The position numbers were made by a program, and so were the translations under genes. A model generated the notes under the pieces. The model saw nothing but the letters and a program-made list of their open reading frames with translations. It was not told the origin of the DNA and did not search any database. Shown here in pieces: positions 61,458 through 64,000 of a stretch of DNA of 64,000 nt (the first letter of the stretch is position 1; each line of letters opens with the position of its first letter). Source of the DNA: Glaucostegus cemiculus (lineage: Eukaryota). Location of the stretch: NCBI GenBank assembly GCA_976551045.1, contig CDPCPM010000064.1, forward strand, positions 3,410,001-3,474,000, in the 5' to 3' direction.

Positions 61458-63699
61458 TGTCGAAATTCCGGGCATTAGATCTCAGCAGAATTTTATTTCC
61501 TGTCTGACGTGAGTTCAGCGATTTCAAGTCTGTTTCAGATACATCTCTGAGCAACATCAGGTAAATCCTGGTCAATTTTGAGTTGGCAAGGATGAAGGTT
61601 TCTCCTTAGTTGAATGCAGAGAAACCAAGTGGTCGTGGATTTCAAAACAATCCTACACACATATATACCTCAAACCTTGTGTTCTGGTTCAGTCTGAGAT
61701 TAACAGACAATCTTGCGCACGGTCAATGTAACGCTTGGAAATAAATTAGTAGTAACGTTATTGTTTTGTATTTGAATATTTATGTCCTTCTATATTTGAG
61801 TGTTGGAATACGTGAGCTCGGTGCGTGGCGCTAGCAGCGCCAGTTATCAATAATTCAGACCCAAGGACACACTGATAGGATGTCCAGATCAAGGGGTCAC
61901 CGTCTAGAAGAAGGGCTCAGACATTCAGGACAGAGATTAGCAGACATTTGAACCAAAGGTAGAGAATATGAGCTCTCCACTTAAGAACATGAGTCGCCTC
62001 CGCGTCTGAGCATATTCTGGGCAATTACATGTGCTTTTACATTTGGGAAATTACAATAGTGAGAGTAGAGCAGCAAACTGGCTCTGAGAGAATGTATCAG
62101 TCACCGTTCTTTTGATTCTCTCATCTACTGCCTGCTTACATTTAGGACGGTTATTTTAATTCTCCTAAAATCGATCCGCTGCAGCTCAGACACCGGTCAG
62201 ACAGAGAGGTGCAGAGTCAAATCTTTGCACTGTCCACTCTCGCACAAGACACGGATGTGAAGCTGTAACCAATTCACAGAGATTCATTTCCGACAGCAGC
62301 CGGAAGCAGCTGGAATGCAGGATCCGCGGTAATAGGGCGGTAACAATATCTCAGCCCGCCTGCTGTAAAAGAAAGTTTCACTCGAGGGAGGCCAGGAGAA
62401 CTCGCGGTGCAGGAAATAGGTCACTGGACATCTCATCGTTGCACTGGGAAATCGCTGGACTAACCAGGGTGATGGGTGCAGAGACGTGCTTCGATGTTTG
62501 GAGCAGACTCCGTGATGAGGAACTGTTTCACGCTGAGGTGAAGTGCTGCAGTTGTCGTCGCAATTTGTCATGGGGTCACACTGAGAAACCTCACGGAGAC
62601 AGTCCTTCGGGGCCGGGAATCCGCGCCGACCATGAATCAAACATTTACTTTAATCCGACCCTGACCAGGCTTATTCCACAACATTCTCATCAACTTCCCC
62701 CAGAAACCATGACTTACTTATGTTGTCCAATAATTCAATTCTTACTGCTGTCCGATGTAAAGTAACACAGTGCCACAGGTTAATTCAAACGCGTTTATTA
62801 GAAGTATACTGCTGGAGAACTCTCCTCAAACTCTTATTGAGAGACAATGACGGAACTTTTCGCAATACAGAGAGGCAGTCATTAATTTATACAGTCCTTG
62901 TTACACACTTAAACAATGTGGCTAAACTCATTTCATTTGGGAAGACTAAGGTTCAAAGACAACTATCTCACTCAATGTTTAACAGAAACCTCACACTCAA
63001 TGCATGCAGCGCTGCCAGTTTCGGTCAAGCTACAGGGAACCAAAGACAGACCAGACAGCAGGGAGATAACGGCACTAATTAACCGCAACTGGATTCCTAT
63101 CCCGGTGCTGAACAGGATTCAGACGCTTTAACTGAGGACTCTGGTAAGTGCTACAGCACCGCTGACTCAGGGCACAGGGAACATACTAAAGTGATGTCTG
63201 ACTTTCCGCAGCGCAGGGAGGCTGTCTGCCCCACCACTTCAGCATCCCCGGTGACGGCCTGTGAGTGTCATCATGCATCTTCAAACGACAGCAATATTCC
63301 AGGTTATTACACCCCAAACTGCTGCACGTGTTGCGAAACTGAACAACAGTCTTACCCATCCAAGAGCTGGGAATGAACTCATCTCGGAGGTGAGCAGGAG
63401 TAACCTCTAAATTCGTTTTGCCACCCCGGATGGATGTTGCGTGCATGAGACCCGATTCACCGTGGTACTTGTTCTTTCCTGAAAGAAACAGGTATCTACA
63501 GAGGTGTTCGAGGGTCACCTGATTCACTCAGAATCATCACGTTTACAGACAGATCTCTCACCTCTCTGAGGCAGCATCAACGGCCCCTCCACAACGACAA
63601 CGGAAAACCCAACACATTTATCTTCCTCAACAGTGTTAAGTTTTCAATTACCCCATCCTCTCCACGGCTTCTGTGGGGAACGGTAGCTCTCGGCGGGCA

Positions 63700-64000
63700 A
63701 TCGCTGAATCAGAGAGCGGGGAGTGACGGATGGAATTAGAAGAAGGGCTCTGCAGGTCCCCGGTTGTTATTAAGGGAGGTGGTGAAGCTACAATGGTTGC
63801 GCTTTCGACGGTGGCAGGGGAAGTGCCAGTGGTCGGGGGTTTCGATTGGAGAGTATTGAGCGAACTTGGGGGTCACAAATTGCCCCGGCGGAAAGCAGAA
63901 AAAGGTTGCGAAGGGGAATATATGAGTGGTGGTGCAACGCGTCTGCACCAGACGGAAATGGCGGAGGTTACAATCTGGATGCAATAGCTGGTGGCGTGAA
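63700..64000 (-). mobile_element. Penelope-like fragment
   Basis: Reads LRHFRLVQTRCTTTHIFP, similar to the segment at 41380. Confidence 0.55.

Noticed and set aside
62603-62640. tccttcggggccgggaatcc resembling the reverse of a tRNA-Tyr 3' end
   Set aside because: Only about 30 nt of loose similarity and no cloverleaf.

Overview
Eukaryotic, repeat-rich vertebrate genomic DNA. The repeat mix (CR1, Rex1/Babar, Penelope, L1, V-SINE) and the receptor family suggest a cartilaginous fish; this is an inference. No prokaryotic features or CRISPR array. Host genes: a same-strand tandem cluster of two-exon class A GPCRs of the GPR139/GPR142-like type. It has one apparently intact gene (38971-39079 + 40366-41300, 347 aa), one frameshifted pseudogene (27427-27526 + 31466-32365), one orphan first exon (2594-2663) and one 5'-truncated remnant (60837-61457). 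The first exons share a phase-1 intron position and a bZIP-site/TATA/GCTGCC promoter module. A tRNA gene/pseudogene field (Val, Trp, Ser, Leu, Arg-like) spans about 45-60 kb, partly built by a ~3-4.4 kb tandem duplication. Other notable items: a full-length Gmr1-type Gypsy element with PR-INT-RT-RH order, tRNA-Pro PBS and CTAT TSD nested in a CR1; a related solo LTR; a near full-length CR1; and a CpG-rich antisense promoter/first exon just downstream of the intact GPCR. All identifications are by-eye motif recognition; no database searches were run, and repeat boundaries are approximate unless TSDs or termini are quoted.
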